In this document: in pieces, positions 48,121 through 57,534 of the stretch
How positions within the stretch are numbered: position 1 is the first letter of the stretch
How the letters are laid out: every line of letters begins with the position of its first letter
From: a virus
Direction: 5' to 3' (one strand)
Length of the DNA: 64,000 bases
Virus record (IMG/VR): IMGVR_UViG_3300021364_001752
Coordinates: 1-64,000 of that record
The notes under the pieces: generated by a model
Database searches by the model: none
What the model saw: the letters and a program-made list of their open reading frames with translations, nothing else
What the model was told of the DNA's origin: nothing
Made by a program: the position numbers and the translations under genes

Positions 48121-50169
48121 ATGACCAAAAAAATTCTTCTGTCACCACTGTGGAGCGTTCTGCTTTTAGGCCTCTTAGCCTACGTGATATCGCTGTCGCC
48201 CAGCTTCCTGCAGAGCATCCAACTAAGATACTTCGACCAACTTATAATCAATCAACCAAAAGTTGAAAACAATATCTACACTGTAGACATTGACGAAGAT
48301 ACAATCAACGCATATGGACAATGGCCATTTCCAAGGGGCGATTATGCAATGCTTATTGATGATCTTTATGCTAGGGGTGCAGGTTTGGTTGTGTTCAATG
48401 TTTTAATGAGTGAGCCTGATAGGTCTGGTCAGGACGATATACTTGCAGATACAATGGAACAGTTTCCTGTTATTTTAACCATGCTAGGAGCAGCAGAAGG
48501 TAAAAATGAACCTATCAATCCAGGTGCAACCATTGTTAACAGTGACTTCTTACACACAATTCCCAGTGTTCCAGGCATAATTGCCAATGTGCCTGAAATT
48601 GAAAATGTAGCAGTTGGAAGTGGAATAATCAACTCATGGGCAGAAATAGACGGCGTTACTAGACGCATACCACTGGTTGTTATGGCTGATGGCACATTGT
48701 ATCCTAATGTAACAATGGAAGTGTTACGTGTGTTAGCAGGTGATCCCTCGTTCCAAATCAAACTAAATGCACTAGGTGTAGACAAACTACGCATACCACA
48801 GTTTGGCTTTTTACAAACAAATCCAGATGGTGAAGTATGGATTGACTGGAGTCAAGGATATAAACGTTATAGTGCAGTAGACTTGCCAGACGACTTTGCG
48901 GGTGGTATTGTATTTGTAGGTCCAACAGCAGCTGGTGTAACACAACCTATAGCTACTGCAATGGGCAGTGTATTTCCGCATCAAATACAAGCAGCATTGC
49001 TTGGCACAGTTTTTAACGAATCAAACATAAGCAGACATCCTGACGCAGAAGCATGGGGCGAATTAGCCGCCTTTGTTGTTGCAGGCTTGCTGTTAATCGC
49101 ACTCGCCCGATGGACATATGTTGGCATAGCCTTTTACATTATGTCAGTAGGCGGCTTTATTGGAGTTAGTATATATGTATTTAATACGCAAAACATTCTT
49201 ATTGATGGCGCTACTATCAGTGCTTTCCTCTTGCTCGTGGGCCTTCAACGATACGTGCTCAAGTTCATCGACGAGTTCTTGCAAAAGCAAGCCATTAAAA
49301 AACAATTCGAAGGATACGCCAGCCCAGCAGTTGTTAAATTACTACAACAATCTCCAGAGCTTGTTAAGCAGGGTATAAAGAAAGATGTAAGCATCGTGTT
49401 CTCAGACTTACGTGGCTTTACACCATTAGGTGAAAGTTTTGGTGATGATGTGCAAGGACTTACAAGAATAATGAATGGCTATATGGATGCCATTACACAA
49501 CCTGTGCTAGACGCAGACGGGATGATTATAAAATATATTGGTGATGCAAGTATGCATATACACAACGCACCTATAGACGATGCTAACCACGCTAGAACAG
49601 CAGTGCAGTGTGGCTTAGACATGTTAAGAGCAGTGGAGAAATTCAATGACGAAGTTATTATTCCAGAAGGTCGCCCTCCTGTTGGGATGGGTGCTGGGAT
49701 TAATACTGGCCTTGGCTACATTGGCGAAATGGGCAGTAGTAAGCGGCATAGTTACGATGTGCTTGGAGACGCCGTCTCAACGGCTGCTAGGGTTGAATCT
49801 AAATGTAAAGAATACGGTTGTTTGTTATTGGTGGGAGAAGCCACCTATGAAGCAACTAAGGATGATTTCTTCTATTTAAAAATTGACGACTTGCAAGTTA
49901 AAGGCAAAAGTGTAGGATTAGGCATTTATACAGTTTTAGACGACACAAAGGCACACTTTACAGTTAGCAAAAAGTATCACGATCAAATGCACAAACAATA
50001 TAGAGATCAAGACTTTGACGGTGCTATAGAAACAATAAAGAAAATATACAGTGGATTTGATGGCAGGATGCAAGGGTATTATGATATGTGGATAGAACGT
50101 TGTGAGTATATGAAGAAGCAAGAATTGCCTTCAAATTGGAATGGCACATTTATAGCAACGTCTAAATAG
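48121..50169 (+). CDS. CHASE2-domain class III adenylate cyclase
   Basis: N-terminal TM, CHASE2 (VDID..GQWPFPR, DGVTRR.PL), 3 TMs, cyclase FSDLRGFT / KYIGDA / GINTG / YDVLGDAVSTAARVE. Confidence 0.93.
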   Translation: MTKKILLSPLWSVLLLGLLAYVISLSPSFLQSIQLRYFDQLIINQPKVENNIYTVDIDEDTINAYGQWPFPRGDYAMLIDDLYARGAGLVVFNVLMSEPDRSGQDDILADTMEQFPVILTMLGAAEGKNEPINPGATIVNSDFLHTIPSVPGIIANVPEIENVAVGSGIINSWAEIDGVTRRIPLVVMADGTLYPNVTMEVLRVLAGDPSFQIKLNALGVDKLRIPQFGFLQTNPDGEVWIDWSQGYKRYSAVDLPDDFAGGIVFVGPTAAGVTQPIATAMGSVFPHQIQAALLGTVFNESNISRHPDAEAWGELAAFVVAGLLLIALARWTYVGIAFYIMSVGGFIGVSIYVFNTQNILIDGATISAFLLLVGLQRYVLKFIDEFLQKQAIKKQFEGYASPAVVKLLQQSPELVKQGIKKDVSIVFSDLRGFTPLGESFGDDVQGLTRIMNGYMDAITQPVLDADGMIIKYIGDASMHIHNAPIDDANHARTAVQCGLDMLRAVEKFNDEVIIPEGRPPVGMGAGINTGLGYIGEMGSSKRHSYDVLGDAVSTAARVESKCKEYGCLLLVGEATYEATKDDFFYLKIDDLQVKGKSVGLGIYTVLDDTKAHFTVSKKYHDQMHKQYRDQDFDGAIETIKKIYSGFDGRMQGYYDMWIERCEYMKKQELPSNWNGTFIATSK

Positions 50170-50173
50170 TATT

Positions 50174-50818
50174 ATGCTGAACTACATAAGAAATTTATTC
50201 GGTAATCATACCGAAGAAAAACGCACTACAGATGATATAAATGTTATATGGCTACATGGCGCAAATCAGTCAAGTCTAAGTTTCAAATATCTACAAACCA
50301 AAACACAATTTTCAAATGAAATATTGCCTAACTATAGCAGTATGAATCGCTTCTATGATAATCTTGAAATGATTGCAGATTCATGCCAAGGCAAAGGTCC
50401 TCATTTTGTTATAGGTCATTCTATGGGCGGTCTATATGCACTGCATTTAACTAGATATGTTAGGGTAATTGGAGGAGTAAGCATAGGAACTCCCTTTGCA
50501 GGCAGTAGCACAGCAGATTGGGCAAAATATATAGTGCCAAACTATCAATTGTTTAGAGACATAGGACGTAAAAGCGACCCTGTAAAAGAATCACAACAAA
50601 TAGAATTAGAAATACCTTGGACTCAGATAGTAAGCACTCACGGAAGCGTTCCTTATCACGGTGGACCAAATGATGGTGTAGTGACAATTGCTAGCATGAA
50701 GTATAGAAAAGATATGAAAATTATTGAAGTTCCACATACACACCATGAAGTTATGGTTAGTGATAAAGTAGGCGAAATAATTTTAGATTCTTACAACGCT
50801 ATTGTAAATCCTTCTTGA
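50174..50818 (+). CDS. Alpha/beta hydrolase
   Basis: LHGAN, GHSMGG, GTPFAGS, NDGVV, HHEV. Confidence 0.85.
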   Translation: MLNYIRNLFGNHTEEKRTTDDINVIWLHGANQSSLSFKYLQTKTQFSNEILPNYSSMNRFYDNLEMIADSCQGKGPHFVIGHSMGGLYALHLTRYVRVIGGVSIGTPFAGSSTADWAKYIVPNYQLFRDIGRKSDPVKESQQIELEIPWTQIVSTHGSVPYHGGPNDGVVTIASMKYRKDMKIIEVPHTHHEVMVSDKVGEIILDSYNAIVNPS

Positions 50819-51197
50819 TTTCTTTTAGATCGTCTTTGCTAAAACTTTCTTTATTTAAATCTGGCTTAGGCTTTGGTGCTTCCTCTATGCCTGTGCTGTT
50901 GAAAACTTCGCTAGTGCTTTGGTAACGAGCAACAATATCATTTAGTTCGTCCTGTCTTTCTTTGTCTAACATGGCACGATGTTCTAGAACCATACTTAGT
51001 TTACTATTAAGTCTAATCATATCATTGTCAAGCATACGAATACGATCAACAAGTTTTATTAATGTTCCCATTGTTTCACCTAGCACAGGATCAATGGTTT
51101 CAGTTACCCATTTCCATATAAAGAATATAAAATACCCCATACCCATTGCGGCAATAATAGGAAATCCGTATTCTGCTACTGCTGCTCCGATATCCAT
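50799..51197 (-). CDS. TM plus coiled-coil protein (YvrJ/holin-like topology)
   Basis: YGFPI TM; LVDRIRMLDNDMIRL. Confidence 0.6.
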   Translation of the reverse strand: MDIGAAVAEYGFPIIAAMGMGYFIFFIWKWVTETIDPVLGETMGTLIKLVDRIRMLDNDMIRLNSKLSMVLEHRAMLDKERQDELNDIVARYQSTSEVFNSTGIEEAPKPKPDLNKESFSKDDLKEIKKDLQ

Positions 51198-51476
51198 TTA
51201 GTCTCTCCTAGCATCATTTTTGCCTTCGTTGGCTGCAATACGGTCTATATTTGGTTTTACATTGAGTGCGTAACTAAGTAGTGCATCTATCTTAACAAGG
51301 TCATTGTTCATCGTTTGAACACGGTTGTCCAATTGACCAATGATGTTCTTAAGAGTCGTTACACTACCTGTTACACCAGCTAATATGAATTTTAGTGTGA
51401 GAAATACAAAGCCACCTGCGGCTAATGCTCCAGCTATTGGAAACCCTACATCGCCCACTAAACTTAAAAAATCCAT
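51198..51476 (-). CDS. TM plus coiled-coil protein, paralog of downstream gene
   Basis: VGFPI TM; LDNRVQTMNNDLVKI. Confidence 0.6.
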   Translation of the reverse strand: MDFLSLVGDVGFPIAGALAAGGFVFLTLKFILAGVTGSVTTLKNIIGQLDNRVQTMNNDLVKIDALLSYALNVKPNIDRIAANEGKNDARRD

Positions 51477-51570
51477 TTGCCCTCCTGGTAGAACGCCCTC
51501 ACGCTCTGCACTTGTATTTAGTAGTTGACAACCGTAAATGATATGTTATACTACAACAAAGGAGTAAAAA

Positions 51571-52296
51571 ATGGCTACTAAAGAAGAAAAGCAAGAAACG
51601 GTTGATGTTCTAAAAGGTCCGCGATACTATCGTATCTATTTGAATGGATATGGTGGCGAAGCAGCATACATCAACATTTCAAAAGAAGCATATGAATTTT
51701 GGAAAGATGTTACTGAAGAAAATGGCGACAGCGATCTTGTAAATTATATGGTAGAAGCAGAGAACGGCGATTTAGATGATCTAGAAGTTATCGTTCCGCC
51801 TGAAGCAATGTTTATGCAGGAAGAAGACGATGGGGAAGTATATGCTTATCCTTGGTATGAATCACCACATGAATTTGTGCATCAATACGGTGTAGAATAT
51901 GGTAGTGCTAGGCTTGTAGTTGAGGAAGTTGATTCAGATGACTATATGAGCAAAACAATTGCAGATGTAATTGATGGCGAAGATCTACAAGAGTATATGG
52001 ACAATGTAATGGAGAAAAACAATTACGAATTTGATCTAGTTGAAGCAGATGAGGACTTTGGCGAAGAAGGCGATTATGTTGTTCAATTCTACAGTAGTGA
52101 AAAAGGCTGCTTTTTTGATGGCATCATCGACACTCACGGCGAGTTTGATCCTACAAAATTAAAAGTCATTTATACAGAATATCCTAATGGCGAAGATGTT
52201 GTAACCAGTATTGAATACGACGGTGTTGAGATTGATAATCAAGGTGGCGATACAAACGGCAAAGGATATTCAGCTCACCTTTGGAAAAATGTATAA
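51571..52296 (+). CDS. Acidic hypothetical protein
   Basis: TTGACA-16-TATACT at 51525; AGGAG SD. Confidence 0.7.
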   Translation: MATKEEKQETVDVLKGPRYYRIYLNGYGGEAAYINISKEAYEFWKDVTEENGDSDLVNYMVEAENGDLDDLEVIVPPEAMFMQEEDDGEVYAYPWYESPHEFVHQYGVEYGSARLVVEEVDSDDYMSKTIADVIDGEDLQEYMDNVMEKNNYEFDLVEADEDFGEEGDYVVQFYSSEKGCFFDGIIDTHGEFDPTKLKVIYTEYPNGEDVVTSIEYDGVEIDNQGGDTNGKGYSAHLWKNV

Positions 52297-52327
52297 AATA
52301 TTTTGCTAAATTATATATAACCAGGAG

Positions 52328-52564
52328 TTGTATATGATTTGGGTAGATTATATTGTAGAAAGTGCTGGAGGTAAAGGCCAAGCATTTCGTGTAAAAGGTG
52401 ATTGGGAAGGTGAAGTTATGGGTGTCGGTAAAGATGGCACTCCTAAAGATAGCTGGTTATACAAACCAGGAGATGTGTTTATTGTGAATGAACACGGATG
52501 GCTGGTAAAAACAGACGAAGTAAATATGCTGTTAACAAAGTATGAACAAGGAAAGAAAAAATGA
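52328..52564 (+). CDS. Hypothetical protein
   Basis: AGGAG SD. Confidence 0.55.
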   Translation: MYMIWVDYIVESAGGKGQAFRVKGDWEGEVMGVGKDGTPKDSWLYKPGDVFIVNEHGWLVKTDEVNMLLTKYEQGKKK

Positions 52565-52752
52565 TTGTGGTAGGATACAGATCAACTGCAAATTTTATAG
52601 AAGCAACCAATGTGATTAGAAAGCACACAGAATTTAGTCTAAATGATACGAAAACTATCATTGAAAACATTAAATCAGGTAAGGGTGTAAAGCTGCCCGA
52701 TGACTTTGTGCTTAGAGCAGACTTAGAAGACCTTGATTTTTTGGTGCAGTAG
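52561..52752 (+). CDS. Ribosomal L7/L12 C-terminal-domain-like small protein
   Basis: IEATNVIRKHTEFSLNDTKTIIE matches the I.AIK.IRE.TG.SLKEAK.IV pattern. Confidence 0.45.
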   Translation: MIVVGYRSTANFIEATNVIRKHTEFSLNDTKTIIENIKSGKGVKLPDDFVLRADLEDLDFLVQ

Positions 52753-52753
52753 C

Positions 52754-52945
52754 ATGGTAAATAATACTTACACATACAAAGTTGAAGAAATATTTGAAGA
52801 TATCCCTGGAGATCCAGATAATGTTAATATGAACATTCCTAATGAGATTATGGAATCTCAAGGCTGGAAAGAAGGGGATATTTTAAAAATTAAAATAGAA
52901 GAAGGATTAATAACAATAGTGAAAGCAAATAATGGCGAAGAGTGA
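52754..52945 (+). CDS. AbrB/MazE-like swapped-hairpin protein
   Basis: [30 protein letters not shown]. Confidence 0.6.
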   Translation: MVNNTYTYKVEEIFEDIPGDPDNVNMNIPNEIMESQGWKEGDILKIKIEEGLITIVKANNGEE

Positions 52946-53150
52946 AGACCTGCTCGAGTTTGAAGGCGATATAATAGAAGTGTTGCCTAATCAAATGTTT
53001 AAGGTCAAACTGGATAACGAACATGTAGTCACATGTTATACCGGCGGAAAGATGCGCCAGTTTAAGATAAGACTAGTAGCAGGCGACAGGGTGCGCATAG
53101 AAATGACGCCTTATGATTTAGAAAAAGGCCGTATAGTTCGTAGATTATAG
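52932..53150 (+). CDS. infA: Translation initiation factor IF-1
   Basis: [23 protein letters not shown]...GDRV.IE.TPYDL.KGRI. Confidence 0.95.
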   Translation: MAKSEDLLEFEGDIIEVLPNQMFKVKLDNEHVVTCYTGGKMRQFKIRLVAGDRVRIEMTPYDLEKGRIVRRL

Positions 53151-53200
53151 TTGACAGCCATTTTGCCTTGTGCTATAAAATAGTATACACGGAGGGTAAC

Positions 53201-53503
53201 ATGGCGTTATTAGAATTAGCAAGTTTTGAAATGATTGAAGAGCATGACATACTGGGTAAACAACAGTGTGTGCTTGCGTTTGGCGATGAATATGAACTCA
53301 GCATTATTTCTGGCGAAGGAGCATACAGCACCAAAGATGCTCCATATGAAATTGGTGTTTTCAAAAACGGTGACTTTGTGCATATGCCTGGTATTACAGA
53401 TGATGGTGATACTGTAAAAGGTTACCTTACCGAAACTGAAGTCAACGGTATAATCAAAAAAATGTTTTTGGTTAGCGGCTTCAAAAATCCGGTGCAAGTA
53501 TGA
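53201..53503 (+). CDS. Conserved phage hypothetical protein
   Basis: Start re-called after promoter TTGACA 53151; YELSII..PYEIGV..VKGYLT. Confidence 0.65.
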   Translation: MALLELASFEMIEEHDILGKQQCVLAFGDEYELSIISGEGAYSTKDAPYEIGVFKNGDFVHMPGITDDGDTVKGYLTETEVNGIIKKMFLVSGFKNPVQV

Positions 53504-53892
53504 AAGACAAAATAAAAGAAAGCATTAATAAGATTGTTACCCTATATGATATATGGGGCAATATACAATTTGATCAATGGAGTTCTAAACCCAACATTGA
53601 AAATAAAAGAGCACGTGGTGTCTACGTTATCTATGATAATGAACGTGTTTATTATGTCGGAAAGGGATTTATACGAGATCGTCAAGACAAACACAAAGAA
53701 AAGTTTTTAGGCGAATTCCGTAATGCAAGAGACACTAGAGGTTTTAAAGCCTTTAGAGACAAATTTGGCATTTTAGACTTGACACAGCTGGATTTCTGCT
53801 ATATAACTTTAGATGAGGAAACAGCAATAGGTGCTGTTGAAACAGGGCTAATTCACTTACTTCAGCCTTTAGCAAATGATGAGACACAATGA
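53500..53892 (+). CDS. GIY-YIG nuclease
   Basis: GVYVIY..YYVGKG..R...H..E..I...P..N. Confidence 0.75.
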   Translation: MKDKIKESINKIVTLYDIWGNIQFDQWSSKPNIENKRARGVYVIYDNERVYYVGKGFIRDRQDKHKEKFLGEFRNARDTRGFKAFRDKFGILDLTQLDFCYITLDEETAIGAVETGLIHLLQPLANDETQ

Positions 53893-54287
53893 TTTATGTA
53901 GAGGGCGGCACAAAGTCACAAAAGACATATGCATACAGCATGGCAGACTTTGTATGCAATAAATTTAATATCGATGCAGATATAGAAATCTACTTTCGCA
54001 GCATGACTAATGATAGGAGTTTAGGTGGGTGTGTTCAAGTAGATCAGCATGAATATGAGATTGATATTAAGCGTGGTATGAAACTGCGTGATATGCTTAC
54101 AACACTTGCGCATGAACTGGTTCATGTTAAACAATATGAAGCAGGCGAACTTGATCACGATGCAGAACGTGATATTGAATACTGGGACAAGCCCAGTGAA
54201 ATCGAAGCACATGGACGTGAAGTTGGACTGTTTGTTCGGTGGGCAGAACAGCACAATCACGCACACAAAAAATGGACTCAGGTATAA
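53889..54287 (+). CDS. HExxH metallopeptidase-like protein
   Basis: TLAHELVHVKQY..PSEIEA. Confidence 0.75.
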   Translation: MIYVEGGTKSQKTYAYSMADFVCNKFNIDADIEIYFRSMTNDRSLGGCVQVDQHEYEIDIKRGMKLRDMLTTLAHELVHVKQYEAGELDHDAERDIEYWDKPSEIEAHGREVGLFVRWAEQHNHAHKKWTQV

Positions 54288-54895
54288 TGTGGACACAGGA
54301 TAACGTTGACTTCTTACGAGGATTAGGAAAAAGAAGTATCACACTCAATGACTATGTAAAGGCATATTATGATGTAGAAATTTTGCCTTACGATACAGCT
54401 CTCAATAATACACTACAAAAAGTTATAGATCGTGTATATGAGATTACAAAAGAAGCATATGACAATCCTAGTCATGAATATTACTATGCTCCTAACAGAC
54501 GCATTAATGAATACGGAAACCACGTGGAAGATGTATTGTGTCAGGCAATTGAAGATGTAGATGGCACAGAAGCAAAAAACCTTGGTGTTGGTTATCCGGA
54601 TGTGCGGACAAAACTAGGCGGCACGTTTTTATATCCAGAATGTAAAATCAGCAGCAACATAGACGAAGTGGGTTCTATGCGCAGTTTTTATACCAGTGTT
54701 CCTGCTGAACGCACAAAGAAGATTAAAAACCTGCAAGATGGTATGCATATCCTATTCAAGTTTCAACACAATGGACCAGGTGTGCTTACGGGGCGCCACA
54801 AGGTGTTTGATCTAAACGGAATGGAGTATGTAAGCGAAGCATTGCAGCAGGGCAATGACAAAAATGTTTATGCTTGTAAAATGCTTTTCGGTTGA
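54287..54895 (+). CDS. Restriction-endonuclease-like PD-(D/E)xK protein
   Basis: NEYGNHVE..GYPDV..YPECK; start re-called at MWTQD. Confidence 0.55.
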   Translation: MWTQDNVDFLRGLGKRSITLNDYVKAYYDVEILPYDTALNNTLQKVIDRVYEITKEAYDNPSHEYYYAPNRRINEYGNHVEDVLCQAIEDVDGTEAKNLGVGYPDVRTKLGGTFLYPECKISSNIDEVGSMRSFYTSVPAERTKKIKNLQDGMHILFKFQHNGPGVLTGRHKVFDLNGMEYVSEALQQGNDKNVYACKMLFG

Positions 54896-54954
54896 CATTG
54901 GGCAAAAGACTCGTTATATTACACTTACACAAAGGCAAAACAAAGGCACAACAA

Positions 54955-55635
54955 ATGGAATATCCTACTCAACAACTCCTCGAAATGTCATATGCTGCTT
55001 ATCGTATTAACAAGGGCTATGTAAAACAAACACGCCGTTACAGCGAAGGCCAGCCCACAACATTCAGCAACAAAGAAATGATTACATACACCGCACATGG
55101 TGAATGGAAGCCAGAAGACTTTGTCCCAATTGAGATTACTGACGAAGATCGTGAAGCAAAGGTTAAAGGCGACAAGCATATGCGCCGTTATACTCTTTTG
55201 GCAATGGGCGATTTGCCGCAGTTTGAATCAGATCTTTTTGCTGCTTACAGCAGTGATAAAATGCCAATTGGTCGTGTTGGCTTAATTGCATATTTACCTG
55301 CATTTGTTGACCGTGAACTACAGGATAAAATCTATAAGCAGCGTCTTAAGACTGAATTTAGTGATAGTCAATATCTCAATGACAATATCACCGAGGCAAC
55401 CGATGTTGAAATATTGAAAGTCATTCCACTTAACAATGACTGGATGTCGGAACCTGCTTACATGCACTTTGGTGCAATTGGCAAAGATTTGGTTTGCTTT
55501 ACAAAGAAAGAAATGTTTGCAGTTGGAGAGACATATGACCTTATTGGTCGTATCAAAGGGGTGGACACAGAACGTGACAGCGGATTGCCGCTAACACGTC
55601 TTAACTATGTTAAAATTCGTAAACAAGAGGTATGA
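54955..55635 (+). CDS. Hypothetical early protein (possible C-terminal OB fold)
   Basis: Start re-called at MEYP; TRLNYVK end; promoter TTGACA 54892. Confidence 0.6.
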   Translation: MEYPTQQLLEMSYAAYRINKGYVKQTRRYSEGQPTTFSNKEMITYTAHGEWKPEDFVPIEITDEDREAKVKGDKHMRRYTLLAMGDLPQFESDLFAAYSSDKMPIGRVGLIAYLPAFVDRELQDKIYKQRLKTEFSDSQYLNDNITEATDVEILKVIPLNNDWMSEPAYMHFGAIGKDLVCFTKKEMFAVGETYDLIGRIKGVDTERDSGLPLTRLNYVKIRKQEV

Positions 55636-55636
55636 T

Positions 55637-55879
55637 ATGAATCGAGTTACAAAAAAGTTTCTAAACAAAATATGGCCGCCGTTTGCAGTAATGGCGTATG
55701 TGTTTGTAGTTTTCTATGTCGCAACAATGGCAAAGGATCCGCTAACCATGGCATTGATCATAGGAAGTTGTTTGGCTGTTCCTATATTGTATGTTTTCTT
55801 TAGAGATTCATACAAAGATGCTAAATGGGAAGTAGAACAAGAAAACCAAATAATGTTGAGTAAAATTAAAGGTGAATAA
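55637..55879 (+). CDS. Two-TM hypothetical protein
   Basis: GAGG SD; hydrophobic helices. Confidence 0.55.
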   Translation: MNRVTKKFLNKIWPPFAVMAYVFVVFYVATMAKDPLTMALIIGSCLAVPILYVFFRDSYKDAKWEVEQENQIMLSKIKGE

Positions 55880-56055
55880 TGTTCAACTACTATAATGTAT
55901 GGTTAGTTGATGCAAATGGCAAAAAAATCAAACACATTGATACTGTCAAATGTATTAGCAAAAGCACAGCAGAACAACGCTGTTTCATGGCATATGGTTC
56001 AGCAAGTAAATACACTGGCTGGGGCCGAGATAATTTTGTAGCGGAGGTAGCATGA
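55879..56055 (+). CDS. 58-aa hypothetical protein (not in ORF track)
   Basis: TAATG/ATGA coupled; MFNYYNVWLVDANG.. Confidence 0.55.
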   Translation: MFNYYNVWLVDANGKKIKHIDTVKCISKSTAEQRCFMAYGSASKYTGWGRDNFVAEVA

Positions 56056-56273
56056 TTACAGATATTATTACAGATCCATTAACCTATTGGTTTTTGCTAA
56101 CAGCAGTTATTTTTACTCTGCTCGGACGTTGGATGGCATACCATGACATTATCCATAATGCCGTAGAAGCAACACTTGACAGTCTTATCAAACAAGGTTA
56201 TATTAAAACCAAAGGTGTTGGTGAAGATATGGAAATTCTTAAAGTTTCGGAGTGGTGCAGCAAAGATGATTAA
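56052..56273 (+). CDS. Single-TM hypothetical protein
   Basis: GGAGG SD. Confidence 0.55.
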   Translation: MITDIITDPLTYWFLLTAVIFTLLGRWMAYHDIIHNAVEATLDSLIKQGYIKTKGVGEDMEILKVSEWCSKDD

Positions 56274-56886
56274 ACTACAGGGCAAACTGCCTAGACGGGT
56301 TTATCTTGCATGTAGCGGTGGAGTAGATTCAATGGCAGCATTGGATTTTCTTCGCCGTAATCATGACATCCATGTGTTACATTTTAATCATGGAACAGCA
56401 CACGGTGAAAAAGCACAAGCGTTTATGGAACGCTATTGCACCGAAAAGCAAATTCCTCTTACCATCGGAGAAGTCAGTGGCACTATTCCTCCTGGCCCAA
56501 TCAGTAGAGAAGCATGGTGGCGTGAACAGCGTTATGCTTTTCTTGACAAGTTTTTTACTGTTCCTGTTATTACCTGTCATCATTTAGACGATTGTGTTGA
56601 AACTTGGGTAATGAGCAGTATGCACGGAACAGGTAAATGGATTCCGTATCGTAGACGTCATGTAATTCGTCCCTTCCGTCTTACTCGTAAGAGAGATCTT
56701 ACTTTATGGTGTGAACTAAATAATGTGCCATGGATTGAAGACGGAACAAACGAAGATATTCATTATACCCGTAATTATGTGCGGCATGAGATGATGCCAC
56801 ATGTATTGCAAGTAAATCCAGGCATCCATAAAACGATTGCAAAAAAGGTTAAAAAAGATGTCGAAGGCATCGAAAGAACAGAGTAA
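56266..56886 (+). CDS. tilS: tRNA(Ile)-lysidine synthetase-like PP-loop ATPase (short form)
   Basis: ACSGGVDS, HFNHG, R..RY.FL, HHLDD..ET, IRP, ED.TN..Y.RN.VRH. Confidence 0.8.
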   Translation: MIKLQGKLPRRVYLACSGGVDSMAALDFLRRNHDIHVLHFNHGTAHGEKAQAFMERYCTEKQIPLTIGEVSGTIPPGPISREAWWREQRYAFLDKFFTVPVITCHHLDDCVETWVMSSMHGTGKWIPYRRRHVIRPFRLTRKRDLTLWCELNNVPWIEDGTNEDIHYTRNYVRHEMMPHVLQVNPGIHKTIAKKVKKDVEGIERTE

Positions 56887-56990
56887 AAAGTTGTTGAAGG
56901 AATGGAAGCAGCATCTAGCACAAACAAGGCTCACACCTCAACAACAAAATAAAAGGGCACGTGAGTTTACAAGGAAAGGAATGCGACCTA

Positions 56991-57194
56991 ATGAGTCATG
57001 ATTATCTAGGGTTAGAAGATAGTTTAGAAGAAGATGATTACGGATTCATCTTGGATAAAGAAGGCAATCTCAAAGGCATGTGGATACCACAAAGCCAAGA
57101 AGATGAACCTGTGCCAGAAGCCATAGTTGCCTTGTTAAAAGCTCACTGGGGAGTTGACTTAACAGATCCTACGGAATATGGAACAATCCATTGA
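56991..57194 (+). CDS. Acidic hypothetical protein
   Basis: Start probably MSHDYL; C-terminal TIH. Confidence 0.55.
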   Translation: MSHDYLGLEDSLEEDDYGFILDKEGNLKGMWIPQSQEDEPVPEAIVALLKAHWGVDLTDPTEYGTIH

Positions 57195-57303
57195 AACTGT
57201 ATTGGGTGTTCCTTTTCTGTATTTCTGTAGCATTTGGAGTTGCTGTTTATTTTTGGTTATGGCAATTCCTACTTTTAGCCTATCTTAATATTGGATTAAA
57301 ATC

Positions 57304-57534
57304 ATGACACCACAAGAGATATTTGAATACAAACAACGTTGGAAACCAGGTCATACTGTAAGACTTCACAGCGATGTAGTTGACTTGGGCAAGACATGGT
57401 GTAAACGGCAATGTGAAAAACACGAATGGAGTTGCACCACATGGACTGGCCCTTACGAACATACATTCCATTTTGAAAATATTTTAGCAGCACAAAATTT
57501 TGCAATGGAAATGGGAAGGTATGCAAATCAATGA
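57304..57534 (+). CDS. Hypothetical protein
   Basis: ORF in operon. Confidence 0.6.
   Translation: MTPQEIFEYKQRWKPGHTVRLHSDVVDLGKTWCKRQCEKHEWSCTTWTGPYEHTFHFENILAAQNFAMEMGRYANQ

Noticed and set aside
48121-50169. Pycsar/CBASS-type defence cyclase
   Set aside because: Membrane CHASE2 receptor architecture, adenine-specifying residues and no adjacent cNMP-binding effector
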